Positions 1 through 9,062 of a stretch of DNA of 64,000 nucleotides are shown here, piece after piece. The first letter of the stretch is position 1, and every line of letters begins with the position of its first letter. The DNA comes from Candidatus Thalassarchaeum betae. GTDB taxonomy: Archaea > Thermoplasmatota > Poseidoniia > Poseidoniales > Thalassarchaeaceae. The notes below the pieces were generated by a model. It saw nothing but the letters and a program-made list of their open reading frames with translations. It had not been told where the DNA came from and ran no database searches. The position numbers and the translations under genes are program-made. The stretch spans positions 37,174-101,173 of the forward strand of contig PSPG01000005.1 of NCBI GenBank assembly GCA_003193925.1, in the 5' to 3' direction.

Positions 1-336
1 GCAGCGATGCTCCTGAGGCTCTCAGGCCGCAGGCATCGCGTGTGGTCCTCCACCGCCCTCCTGTACCCGCCGGACGGGCAGCGCGAGGGGACTGAGATGC
101 TGCACAGGGGCTGGAGCGCAGACGTCTGGACGGATTCCGCGCTGGTCGAGTTCGAGGAGCTGAGCGAGGACCAGCTGGTCGAGCTGGTTCGCAGTGAGTC
201 GTGGCTTGGCAAGGCGGGAGCGTACGACCTCGCGGGCCGAGCCAGCCAGCATGCCAGACTCATCGAGGGCTCCGAGGTAACTGTTCTCGGCTTCGCTACC
301 TCGGCGATGGACGCACTGCTCGGGTTGCTCGACTAG
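1..336 (+). CDS. maf: Maf family nucleotide pyrophosphatase (5' truncated by window edge)
   Basis: C-terminal Maf motifs LSGRRHRVWS, GKAGAY and IEGS...VLG; the frame is open from base 1. Confidence 0.8.
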   Translation, partial: AAMLLRLSGRRHRVWSSTALLYPPDGQREGTEMLHRGWSADVWTDSALVEFEELSEDQLVELVRSESWLGKAGAYDLAGRASQHARLIEGSEVTVLGFATSAMDALLGLLD

Positions 337-836
337 ACGAACACGACGCCGCCGTGCTTGAGCACGAAGTCGCGCTGGAGCTCGTCGAACCACTCCAGCA
401 TAGCCACGGTGAAGCGCACGGCGATGACCTCTTGGTCCATCAGAAGGTCGTCTTGGATCCCTTTGAGCGTGCCGGGGGCAGCGCCGCAGGACACGCAAGC
501 GCCATCCAAGTCTAGAATCAGCGACAGTGCCGAGCCCCCGCTGTGCATCTCCTCGATATCCGCCCCGGTGACCACCAGACCTCCGCCGTGGCCGTCCAGA
601 GCGGCCCTCACCGGACCTAGCCTGGCCATCAGTGCCGGCACCAAGTCGGAGTTGTCGCTCTCGACCAGTTCGACCAGAGAGAGCGCCTCGAGACGAGCGA
701 TCTCAACTGGGTCGTGAGCCTCGGTCACCCTCCTCTCGGCCTCCTTCTGCATCCCAGCCTTAATCTGAGCCCGATAGGTCTCCTCAAGGCTGTCAGACAG
801 GGGCTGGGAGCCATCTTCGCCTAACTTCATCACCAC
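333..836 (-). CDS. NifU/NfuA-like Fe-S cluster carrier domain protein
   Basis: VRAALDGHGGGL...LDGACVSCG CxxC motif typical of the NifU C-terminal domain; divergent from the suf genes. Confidence 0.8.
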   Translation of the reverse strand: MVMKLGEDGSQPLSDSLEETYRAQIKAGMQKEAERRVTEAHDPVEIARLEALSLVELVESDNSDLVPALMARLGPVRAALDGHGGGLVVTGADIEEMHSGGSALSLILDLDGACVSCGAAPGTLKGIQDDLLMDQEVIAVRFTVAMLEWFDELQRDFVLKHGGVVFV

Positions 837-926
837 GCCGAGGTGGTAATCTGATTTTAGGGTGACCTAAACTCAAAGCAGACGTTCAAAAGGGACCTAG
901 TTTGGCTCAGTGACGAGGGACACAGT

Positions 927-1703
927 GTGAGTCGTGACGCTCCCCTACTGGAGATTCGAAACCTGCATGCTGGAATCGACGATACGCCGATTCTCAAGGG
1001 CGTCGACATCACGATAAATCCGGGTGAGATCCATGCCATAATGGGACGAAACGGGAGCGGCAAGACAACCGCCGCGAACATCATCATGGGGCACCCAGAC
1101 TACAAGGTCGAGAAGGGGGATGTGCTGCTCTCCGGAGAGGACCTGCTGGAGCTCGAGCCGTGGGAGAGAGCACGCAAGGGCGTATTCCTCTGCTTCCAGT
1201 ACCCACAGGCCGTCCCGGGACTGCAGGTCGGTAACTTCCTCAGGAAGTCCCTTGCCAGCATCAAGGGCGAGGAAGCCGCCAAGGGCACGAAGTTCAGAAA
1301 AACCCTGAAGGATGCCATGGAGGCTCTCGACATTCCTCGCAGCTTCCTCTCGAGGTACGTCAACGACGGTTTCAGCGGAGGTGAGAAGAAGCGCTTCGAG
1401 ATCCTCCAACTGCTCATCCTGCAACCGAAGCTGGCAGTGTTGGATGAGACCGACAGCGGCCTTGACATAGATGGCATCAGAATCGTCGCTGCCGGAATCA
1501 ATTCGGCCATCAGGGGGACTGACTCAGGAGCCCTGATCATCACCCACTACTCAAGAATCCTCGAATACGTCCAGCCGGACAAGGTCCACGTTCTGATGGG
1601 AGGTCGGATAGTTGCTACAGGAGGCCCTGAACTCGCCATAAAACTAGAAGAACGAGGATACGAGTGGTTGGACTCGAAGGCGGAGGCGGAGGGACTAGCA
1701 TGA
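927..1703 (+). CDS. sufC: Fe-S cluster assembly ATPase SufC
   Basis: Walker [40 protein letters not shown]. Confidence 0.97.
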   Translation: MSRDAPLLEIRNLHAGIDDTPILKGVDITINPGEIHAIMGRNGSGKTTAANIIMGHPDYKVEKGDVLLSGEDLLELEPWERARKGVFLCFQYPQAVPGLQVGNFLRKSLASIKGEEAAKGTKFRKTLKDAMEALDIPRSFLSRYVNDGFSGGEKKRFEILQLLILQPKLAVLDETDSGLDIDGIRIVAAGINSAIRGTDSGALIITHYSRILEYVQPDKVHVLMGGRIVATGGPELAIKLEERGYEWLDSKAEAEGLA

Positions 1704-3115
1704 TGCCATCCAACCAGGAAGCACGGGAGACCGTCGGGGACTACAAGGCCGGATGGCACGATCCGGAGGACTCCACCATCCGCTTCGACTTCGGGCTCTC
1801 CGAGCAGGTCGTCAGGGACATCTCGGCCATCAAGGAAGAGCCGCAGTGGATGACCGACATCCGCGTCAAGGCGTACCACCACTTCATGGAGCGCCCGATG
1901 CCCACATGGGGTTCCACCGAGTTGCTCAACTCGATCGAGTTCGACAAGATCTGCTACTTCCTGCGCTCGGGCGAGGGCACTGAGACGGACTGGGATGACG
2001 TTCCAGAGGACATCCGCAACACCTTCAACAGACTAGGCATACCCGAGGCCGAGCAGAAGTGGCTCTCGGGAGTGACAGCCCAGTACGAGTCGGAGGCCGT
2101 CTACCACAGCATCCGCGACGACCTCGAGGAGCAGGGTGTCATCTTCCTCGACATGGATAGCGGTCTGCGCGAGTACCCTGACATCGTGAAGAAATACTTC
2201 TGCAGCCTCATCCCATACCAGGACAACAAGTTCAGCGCGCTCAACACCGCCGTATGGTCGGGAGGCTCGTTCATCTACGTCCCCAAGGGGGTCCACGTCG
2301 AGATGCCGGTGCAGGCCTACTTCCGCATCAACGCCAAGAACATGGGTCAGTTCGAACGCACGCTTATCATCGCCGACGAAGACTCATCGATTCACTACGT
2401 CGAGGGCTGCACCGCCCCGACCTACTCAACCGATTCGCTGCACAGCGCCGTCGTTGAGCTATTCGCGCTGCCCGGCGCATACATCCGCTACACCACGATC
2501 CAGAACTGGTCGAACAACGTCTACAACCTAGTCACCAAGCGCGGCATCGCACACGAGAACTCGACCATCGAATGGGTCGACGGCAACATCGGATCGAAGT
2601 TGACGATGAAGTACCCCGCAGTGATCCTCAAGGGCGAAGGCTCGCACGCGGAAGTCATCTCTGTAGCCTACGCCGGCGAAGGAATGCGTCAGGACGCCGG
2701 AGCGAAGGTGCATCATCTGGCGTCGAACACCACCAGCAAGATCCTCTCCAAGAGCATCAGCAAGGACGGCGGCCGCGGAAGCTACCGGGGCATGGTGACG
2801 GTGAGCAAGAAGGCAGACAACTGCAAGGTGAGCGTCGTCTGTGACGCACTCATTCTCGACGGGCAAAGCCGCTCCGACACCTATCCCACGATGGAGATCA
2901 AGAACCCCTCGTGCCGCTGCGAACACGAAGCATCGGTCAGCAAGGTGAGCGACGACCAGTTGTTCTACCTGATGAGCCGCGGGCACACAGAAGACAAGGC
3001 GCTGGCACTGATCGTCAATGGATTCTTCGAGCCATTCGTCCGCGAACTGCCGATGGAATACGCCGTCGAGCTCAACCAGCTGATGGCCCTCGAGATGGAA
3101 GGCAGTATAGGCTGA
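1700..3115 (+). CDS. sufB: Fe-S cluster assembly protein SufB
   Basis: [38 protein letters not shown]; ATG at 1700 overlaps the sufC stop (ATGA). Confidence 0.97.
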   Translation: MMPSNQEARETVGDYKAGWHDPEDSTIRFDFGLSEQVVRDISAIKEEPQWMTDIRVKAYHHFMERPMPTWGSTELLNSIEFDKICYFLRSGEGTETDWDDVPEDIRNTFNRLGIPEAEQKWLSGVTAQYESEAVYHSIRDDLEEQGVIFLDMDSGLREYPDIVKKYFCSLIPYQDNKFSALNTAVWSGGSFIYVPKGVHVEMPVQAYFRINAKNMGQFERTLIIADEDSSIHYVEGCTAPTYSTDSLHSAVVELFALPGAYIRYTTIQNWSNNVYNLVTKRGIAHENSTIEWVDGNIGSKLTMKYPAVILKGEGSHAEVISVAYAGEGMRQDAGAKVHHLASNTTSKILSKSISKDGGRGSYRGMVTVSKKADNCKVSVVCDALILDGQSRSDTYPTMEIKNPSCRCEHEASVSKVSDDQLFYLMSRGHTEDKALALIVNGFFEPFVRELPMEYAVELNQLMALEMEGSIG

Positions 3116-3130
3116 TGGCGGGGTGAGCCA

Positions 3131-4240
3131 TTGGACGCCGCCGCAGAGTACCTGTCCCTCGACGAGCCCGACAGGTCCAACCATCTCTGGAAGTACACGC
3201 CATGGCGCAGGGTTCATCCCACCGGTGACATCACCAGCATCCCGGACGGCATTGGATCGCCCCGACTCAGGCTCATCGGCCTAGACGGAGGCGATGCACC
3301 CGATGGCATCCGACTGCAGGAGGGAGTGTCTTCGGTCTCCGTACTGCCGCAGAGCGATGTCGTCACGAGTTCGTTCTTGCAGGCTGTTTCAGCAAGTTCG
3401 CAATGGACCCTACATGTCGAGCCAAACTTCTCCTCGCAACACCCTGTGATGCTCGACATCGATGCGGGTGACTCAACCTCCGTCCTGCATCTGGTACTAG
3501 ACGTGGGGCGCTTGTCCGAGTTGGAACTGATCACGCGGGTGAGTGGTTCCGGGGAGTGGTTCGGCTTCCTGCGTACAGGCGAGATCGGAGAGGGCAGTAT
3601 CCTCAACGACGTGGTAGTCTGCGTGCAGGACGGGGGGACCTTGCTCCGGGTCGATTCGATAGCAATCGGCAGGGACGCGCAGGTGCGCGCGGGAACTGTC
3701 TGTTCCGGCTCCGAGCGGACCAAAGCGGACCTGCGCTACCGGATGGGCGAGCCCGGAGGAAACCTCAGGATCCTGGGCTCGGTGCTCTCGTCTGATGGGA
3801 TGCATCTGGACCACCACTTGGAGATACACCACGATGCGCCCGAGACGTTCAGCCGGCTGGCCTGGAACTCCGCATGTGGGGGCAAGAGCAGGACTGTAGG
3901 GACGGGGATGCTCAGGGTCGCCGACGGCTCACGCGGGACGGATGCCGCTCAGCTCTTCCACAACCTGCTCCTCTCCAAGGACGCTGAGGCGGACTCGATC
4001 CCCGAGTTGGAGGTCCTCGAGCACGAGGTCGTCGGATGCGGTCATGGGACGGCCAACGGGCCCATCGACGAGGACCAACTGTTCTACCTCGAGACCAGGG
4101 GCTTCGACCCCTCCGACGCGAGGGGTTCCCTGATCGCCGCATTCCTGAACTCGACCCTGTCCGAGATGGGAAGCGAGGCCCTGCACGGCTGGCTGGTCAG
4201 GCTGCTGGCCTCTGAGTTGGAGTCACTGGGCGCCCCCTGA
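3131..4240 (+). CDS. sufD: SufD-like Fe-S cluster assembly protein
   Basis: WKYT near the N-terminus; NLLLS..AEADSIPELEV, CGHG, QLFYLETRG near the C-terminus; follows sufB; TTG start after GGTGA. Confidence 0.88.
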   Translation: MDAAAEYLSLDEPDRSNHLWKYTPWRRVHPTGDITSIPDGIGSPRLRLIGLDGGDAPDGIRLQEGVSSVSVLPQSDVVTSSFLQAVSASSQWTLHVEPNFSSQHPVMLDIDAGDSTSVLHLVLDVGRLSELELITRVSGSGEWFGFLRTGEIGEGSILNDVVVCVQDGGTLLRVDSIAIGRDAQVRAGTVCSGSERTKADLRYRMGEPGGNLRILGSVLSSDGMHLDHHLEIHHDAPETFSRLAWNSACGGKSRTVGTGMLRVADGSRGTDAAQLFHNLLLSKDAEADSIPELEVLEHEVVGCGHGTANGPIDEDQLFYLETRGFDPSDARGSLIAAFLNSTLSEMGSEALHGWLVRLLASELESLGAP

Positions 4241-4252
4241 GGCAGCAAGCGA

Positions 4253-5038
4253 TTAGGCCGAGCGGTCCCTATAACTCGACAGAAGGGCTGTCATCAGAAG
4301 ACCGGCGGCTGCGCCGAACATCATTCCCTGTTCCTCCATCCCAGAGCCGGCCAAGTCCCGAAAGGCGAGTGTCATGGCCCCCGTCATCGGCACCACGAAG
4401 ACGACGAATCGCCCGAGCCACTCCTTTGGAGTAGGGGCCCTGCCCATTGGCCTGAGGGTGACTGAACTGGACTTCTGGATGACCTGCCATTCCGCCTTCT
4501 GGGCGTCAACCCTGAGCCTCTGCAGGACTGCGGGCCTGATTCCGGGGTCGGCCGAGCCCACGTGCAGCGTCTCGCCTCGGCCGGTCACCAGCTTCAGCCT
4601 GCCTAGGTCGGCCCTGCGCTCGAGAAGCCTCTCGGTCAGTGCCGCGGCAGAGGGCGCATCGAGGCCGTGCAGGTCGACCACCAGCACCCCTCTGTCTCGT
4701 CTGACCTGCTCCTCGACGGTCCAAGCCGTCCCCGAGCCACTCCTTGGAGCCCTCTCCTCGATTGGTGAGAGGATGGCTCGGACCTTGGTCACCTCCTGCT
4801 TCCTTTCGGCCTCGACGTTGCGGCCTGAGCGCGACGACTCGGCCATTCTGTAGTACGCGAATGTGGTGACGATGACCCCGCCGGCAAGGCCAGCCACGAT
4901 GCCAGAGCGCACAGACCCCATCACATCCGGACTGTCTAGGCCACTGAGGAAGATGGCGACGAAAGTGGCCATGACCGCGACCATCGAGCCTACTACCCCG
5001 CCGAGCCATGCAGCATCGCGGAACCCGAGGTCGGCCAT
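4253..5038 (-). CDS. Membrane protein with Smr (small MutS-related) domain
   Basis: VVDLHGL...LKLVTGRG Smr signature flanked by two N-terminal and two C-terminal hydrophobic helices. Confidence 0.72.
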   Translation of the reverse strand: MADLGFRDAAWLGGVVGSMVAVMATFVAIFLSGLDSPDVMGSVRSGIVAGLAGGVIVTTFAYYRMAESSRSGRNVEAERKQEVTKVRAILSPIEERAPRSGSGTAWTVEEQVRRDRGVLVVDLHGLDAPSAAALTERLLERRADLGRLKLVTGRGETLHVGSADPGIRPAVLQRLRVDAQKAEWQVIQKSSSVTLRPMGRAPTPKEWLGRFVVFVVPMTGAMTLAFRDLAGSGMEEQGMMFGAAAGLLMTALLSSYRDRSA

Positions 5039-5130
5039 GGTGGTCGGAGCACGGGGTTGCTCAAGAGTCCGAGGGTTGGAATCAGGGTTACCGAAGCAGC
5101 ATTCATCAGGGGCGAGCCGCTGGGAGAAAT

Positions 5131-5880
5131 GTGGGAGTTCTAGCTAATGGGCTCGGAGATCGGGTCAGGGAAGTCAAAGTCAGCAGAGTCCTGGTAGCCG
5201 CCGCTGGCGGATACCTGCTTCTGATGTTCATAGCGCCTCTGGCGATGCCCGAGGGAACGGTACCTGAGCTCTCCGGACGCGCCAACACATTCGACTACGC
5301 CACCGCGAGCGGGTGGGGGAACCAGGATAACGGCGAGGGTGCGAGTGTGGGGCACGACCAATCGGCTCACGGCGGGACATTCGCTTGGACGGAGTTAAAC
5401 CCGGTATGGGGATTCGTGTACGCCGTCGGTGACCTGAACTGCCACCAGAAGTACGAGCGCTCATGGAAGATCAACGGGAATCAGATGCCGATGTGCACCC
5501 GGGACGTTGGAATCATCTTCGGATTCGTGGTCGGTGCCGCCTTGTTCGGATGGCGCGGCCTCAACCGCTGGACGGTTCGCGACACCTTCCTCTCGATATT
5601 CCCGAACGAGAGGCTGGAGCCCGTTTACTTGAGCGACAGGAGGATGACGGCCATGCTCGCGATCATCGGACTGGGGCTGCTGCCGATGGCAGTTGACGGG
5701 TTCACCCAGATGTTGACCGACTACGAGTCCACCCACCTCATCAGGCTGGTCACCGGCTTCGCAGCCGGGCTGGTTGTCGGCTGGTGGTTCTCATCCTCGC
5801 TGTCCGCCCGGACCAAGTACTTCGGGGATGACCCACGCCTAGTGGTCCTGCCGGCCGACGCAAGACTAGTGACCAAGTGA
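5131..5880 (+). CDS. DUF2085-like predicted membrane protein
   Basis: CHQ..ERS.....QMPMCTRD.G motif plus several TM helices; GTG at 5131 after GGAG chosen as start. Confidence 0.75.
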   Translation: MGVLANGLGDRVREVKVSRVLVAAAGGYLLLMFIAPLAMPEGTVPELSGRANTFDYATASGWGNQDNGEGASVGHDQSAHGGTFAWTELNPVWGFVYAVGDLNCHQKYERSWKINGNQMPMCTRDVGIIFGFVVGAALFGWRGLNRWTVRDTFLSIFPNERLEPVYLSDRRMTAMLAIIGLGLLPMAVDGFTQMLTDYESTHLIRLVTGFAAGLVVGWWFSSSLSARTKYFGDDPRLVVLPADARLVTK

Positions 5881-7233
5881 TCACACGGTCTTGCCCTGCC
5901 ACCAGGAAACCAGCCCGCTGGCCCCAGCGGGGTTCGAAGCTCCTTCTATGCCGCAGCCGAGCAACGCGATACGCTCCAGAGTGTCGCGCACGGCAGCCGG
6001 ATGCCGACCTGACCTGACTATCTGGCCCATGGCGAAGCGGAGATGGGTATCGGGATTGACTGCAATCCACTTCGAGATAGCTTCCCTGAGTGGCCAAATC
6101 GCCAGCACCAGCGTCCCCGCGGTGCGATATCGCTCCTTCAACTGCGAGCGGGGGGCATCGCGTCCGAGCAGGGCCCGGTGCTTGTGCACCCAGTCTGTGC
6201 GCTCGTGGAGGAACTTGACGAGCCTCTGCGTATGGCGCTCGGACACAGCCCTGACGGGGCCGAGCGCTCTACGCAGCTCCGCCACATCGGCGGATGGCAT
6301 CAGAGCGAGAGTGCCGCAGATGGCAGACATGGAATGCGAGAGGATGCTCTTGGGAACGTCGACCCTAGCATCCTCGCTGACGCGCTCCAACGCTGCGTCG
6401 TGCTCGTTCTGGGCCTCCTTGAGTGTCTTCCACGGCGCTCTGCCGTCCAACCATCCCTCTTTGGTGAGAGTCTGCTCGACGCCCAGTCCAATCAGTGTGG
6501 TCTGGCCCTTGGAGGCGTGGAGCAGTCGCCTCAGGAGGTGCCTCTCGACGACCTCGGTGTCGACATTCAAAGGAGCTGGTCTGGAGTGGACGAACTTCCG
6601 GATCCTGCTGATCAGAGCCCGGCGGAACTCGGCCTCGGTGCCCTCGTTCAGAACAGGTCCGATGACAGCCCCCATATCGAATGGAGTGGGCATCTCCAAC
6701 TCGCCTGACAGCAGCGAGGTGTAGCCCCGCCTGATGCGCTGCTGCAGCTCCGTCGTCTCGAAGTACTCCTCCTTCTCCGTCAGCGCCCTCAGGCTCCCTG
6801 TCTTGATCCTCTTCAATGCGACCTCGGGATCGCAGTCGACCCAGATGCAGAGGTCGGGAACAAGGGCCGCCGAGTTCATGTGGGCGACCCTGTCGACCCC
6901 GAGCCCGCCGACGACCCCCTGATAGACGAGTGAGGAGTGGATGTTCCGCTCGCTGACCACTGCCCTGCCCTCCTCGAGGCGAGGCAGTATCCAGCCGTGA
7001 GAGTGATCCACCCTGTCGGCTGCGAACAGGCCGGCCTCCTGCTCAGGGGTCATGGTCTGCCTTCGCACCGCGTCTATTGCGAGACGGCCGAGCGGATGCT
7101 CCCTCCTAGGCTCCCCGGTCGCCTCGACTGAGGTGAACGAGAACTCCTTGCTGAGGACCTCTGAAACGACCTTGGTCGCCACTCCCTTGCCGCTCCCATC
7201 ACCGCCCTCTATCGTTATCAGATACACGGGCAA
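5881..7233 (-). CDS. tmk: Thymidylate kinase with long C-terminal extension
   Basis: ITIEGGDGSGK, EP, LFAADR..H, ERNIHSSLVYQG, PDL motifs in the N-terminal ~215 aa. Confidence 0.85.
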   Translation of the reverse strand: MPVYLITIEGGDGSGKGVATKVVSEVLSKEFSFTSVEATGEPRREHPLGRLAIDAVRRQTMTPEQEAGLFAADRVDHSHGWILPRLEEGRAVVSERNIHSSLVYQGVVGGLGVDRVAHMNSAALVPDLCIWVDCDPEVALKRIKTGSLRALTEKEEYFETTELQQRIRRGYTSLLSGELEMPTPFDMGAVIGPVLNEGTEAEFRRALISRIRKFVHSRPAPLNVDTEVVERHLLRRLLHASKGQTTLIGLGVEQTLTKEGWLDGRAPWKTLKEAQNEHDAALERVSEDARVDVPKSILSHSMSAICGTLALMPSADVAELRRALGPVRAVSERHTQRLVKFLHERTDWVHKHRALLGRDAPRSQLKERYRTAGTLVLAIWPLREAISKWIAVNPDTHLRFAMGQIVRSGRHPAAVRDTLERIALLGCGIEGASNPAGASGLVSWWQGKTV

Positions 7234-7241
7234 ACCTCAAA

Positions 7242-7991
7242 CTAATCCTCTGTGTAGTCTGTGAACTGATCCCTAGCGAGATGCGTCATGCCCATGCCGA
7301 GGAGTATGAACAACGGACCTAGGAATAGCATGCCTCGACTCCACAGTCCGAAGAATGAGAGCCACCAGGTGCGTCGGTAGTGATCGCCGCGGTAGGCCTC
7401 CAGACCGCCCACCATCCCTGCGAGCCCGGCCAGCAGCGTCAATCCAGCGATGGTGGTTCCGATGAGCACCGACTCGCCGAGATGGCTCTCGCCGGTCATG
7501 TCGTACTCGTACAGCCCGTCTCCCGGAGTCAGAGTGACGGAAATCTGAGCGTGGTCCCCGGGAACCAGCAGTATCCGAACGGTAACGTTCCCGGGGTGGT
7601 CGACAAGCAGCGTCGAAGAGCGTCTGGGAACGTCCTCGACCGAGAAACGCCCGCCTGAGTCGGTGATGTCGTGGCCTATCTCCAGGTCGTCGAAATCGAG
7701 GACGCTCACCCTGACGCCCTCAACCGGGTCGCCGCCCGTGGTGTTGTCCTCCAACGCCGTGCTCACTATGCCATTGACATTGGCGACCCCATCGGAGCTG
7801 TCCAGTTGGCCACTCAGAATCTCGCCGACGTCGGCGGATATCAGAGCGACTCCAAGAATTGCTCCAAGCAGGCTGCCGACGAATATCATCAACGCCCCCG
7901 CCACCCTAGTGGCTGGGTCTATCGAGAGGTCATGCAGCCAGAGTTCCATGGCGCTGTAATCGTCGAACTCGTCGTCGCTCGAGTCGTTCAT
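7242..7991 (-). CDS. Membrane protein with carboxypeptidase-regulatory-like beta-sandwich domain
   Basis: N-terminal TM, then PVEGVRVSV...TDSGGRFSVEDVP, then C-terminal TM helices. Confidence 0.6.
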   Translation of the reverse strand: MNDSSDDEFDDYSAMELWLHDLSIDPATRVAGALMIFVGSLLGAILGVALISADVGEILSGQLDSSDGVANVNGIVSTALEDNTTGGDPVEGVRVSVLDFDDLEIGHDITDSGGRFSVEDVPRRSSTLLVDHPGNVTVRILLVPGDHAQISVTLTPGDGLYEYDMTGESHLGESVLIGTTIAGLTLLAGLAGMVGGLEAYRGDHYRRTWWLSFFGLWSRGMLFLGPLFILLGMGMTHLARDQFTDYTED

Positions 7992-8986
7992 CGGGCTTCA
8001 CCTGCCTCTTGCTCCCCCTCGCTGGGAGCTGGCGGCTGTTCAGTTTGCCGCCTGAGGAGGAGCAGCATCAGGAAGTGGATTATCGCGCCCAGCGCGCGCA
8101 TCGAGCTGAGGATGACGACCAGCGCCGCGATGAGCAGGACCGGCCAGATCGACGTGAGAATCCTCGAGACATCCGAATCGGTGATGTCATCCTCGACGAG
8201 CTCCTGGCCCGACTCGAAACTCACTAGGTGCATCGACGACCAGTTCTTCCCGGTGACCAGGAAGGCGTCCTGCTCGGAGACGTAAGCGATGCCGTTCAGG
8301 ACCTCGTTGGATCCGCCTGACTCTGATTCAGCCAACTGCGATGCGTCGACGGTGAACTCCACTGCTCCCGAAGTTGAGTTGATCGCCAGGATGGAGTCGC
8401 TGCCCAAGACATTGGCGTAGATCATCCCCCCGACGCACTCCAGCTCGTTGAGCAGGCTCGCCTCCTGACCGTCGAGAGTGACGAGGAGGGTGCTCTGGAC
8501 AGTGAAGTCGGACGGGTCCCTGAGGGCCAGCTCGGAAGTGCCGTTGGACATCACCAGGAACTCGCCATTGTAGCACAGTCCCCAGCCCTCGCCAGAGTAC
8601 GTGTGATTGCCGACGACTTCGAAAGTCTCGATGTCGAAGACCAGAGCGATCCCCTCCTTCCAAGTCAGCATCACGATGGTATCTCCGAGGATAGTGATCC
8701 CCTCTCCGAACAGACTCTGATCGAGTTGCGTCTGACGCAGCACCTCCCCGCTCGAGGGATCCACCTCCCTTAGGCTTGAATGGCCATACAGTCCGGTGCT
8801 CTCGTACAGGGAGCCACCGTGCATCTCGAATCCCTGAGTGAATGCCTCGTCGTCATGGGAATGTGACGAGATAACGTGTAACTCGGCCGCGTCTGAGCCA
8901 CCGGAAGCAGCAACCGGACTGGGCAGCAGAAGCAGTGCGACGAGCAGGCCCGGGGAGACACGCAGCGCCGTGCTAGGCCAAATCAT
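7988..8986 (-). CDS. Glutaminyl-peptide cyclotransferase (type I QC), signal peptide and C-terminal TM anchor
   Basis: FTQG, YESTGLYG.SSLR, FGEGIT, LTWK, GEGWGL, LNELE, VLNGIAY, TGKNW; start refined to ATG 8986. Confidence 0.9.
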   Translation of the reverse strand: MIWPSTALRVSPGLLVALLLLPSPVAASGGSDAAELHVISSHSHDDEAFTQGFEMHGGSLYESTGLYGHSSLREVDPSSGEVLRQTQLDQSLFGEGITILGDTIVMLTWKEGIALVFDIETFEVVGNHTYSGEGWGLCYNGEFLVMSNGTSELALRDPSDFTVQSTLLVTLDGQEASLLNELECVGGMIYANVLGSDSILAINSTSGAVEFTVDASQLAESESGGSNEVLNGIAYVSEQDAFLVTGKNWSSMHLVSFESGQELVEDDITDSDVSRILTSIWPVLLIAALVVILSSMRALGAIIHFLMLLLLRRQTEQPPAPSEGEQEAGEAR

Positions 8987-9062
8987 GTACGAACGGCGCT
9001 CCATCGATGTTAAAATAGGTCTTTGAGCGGATTGAACCTGAAAGCAACACGGAGTGTTGAAC

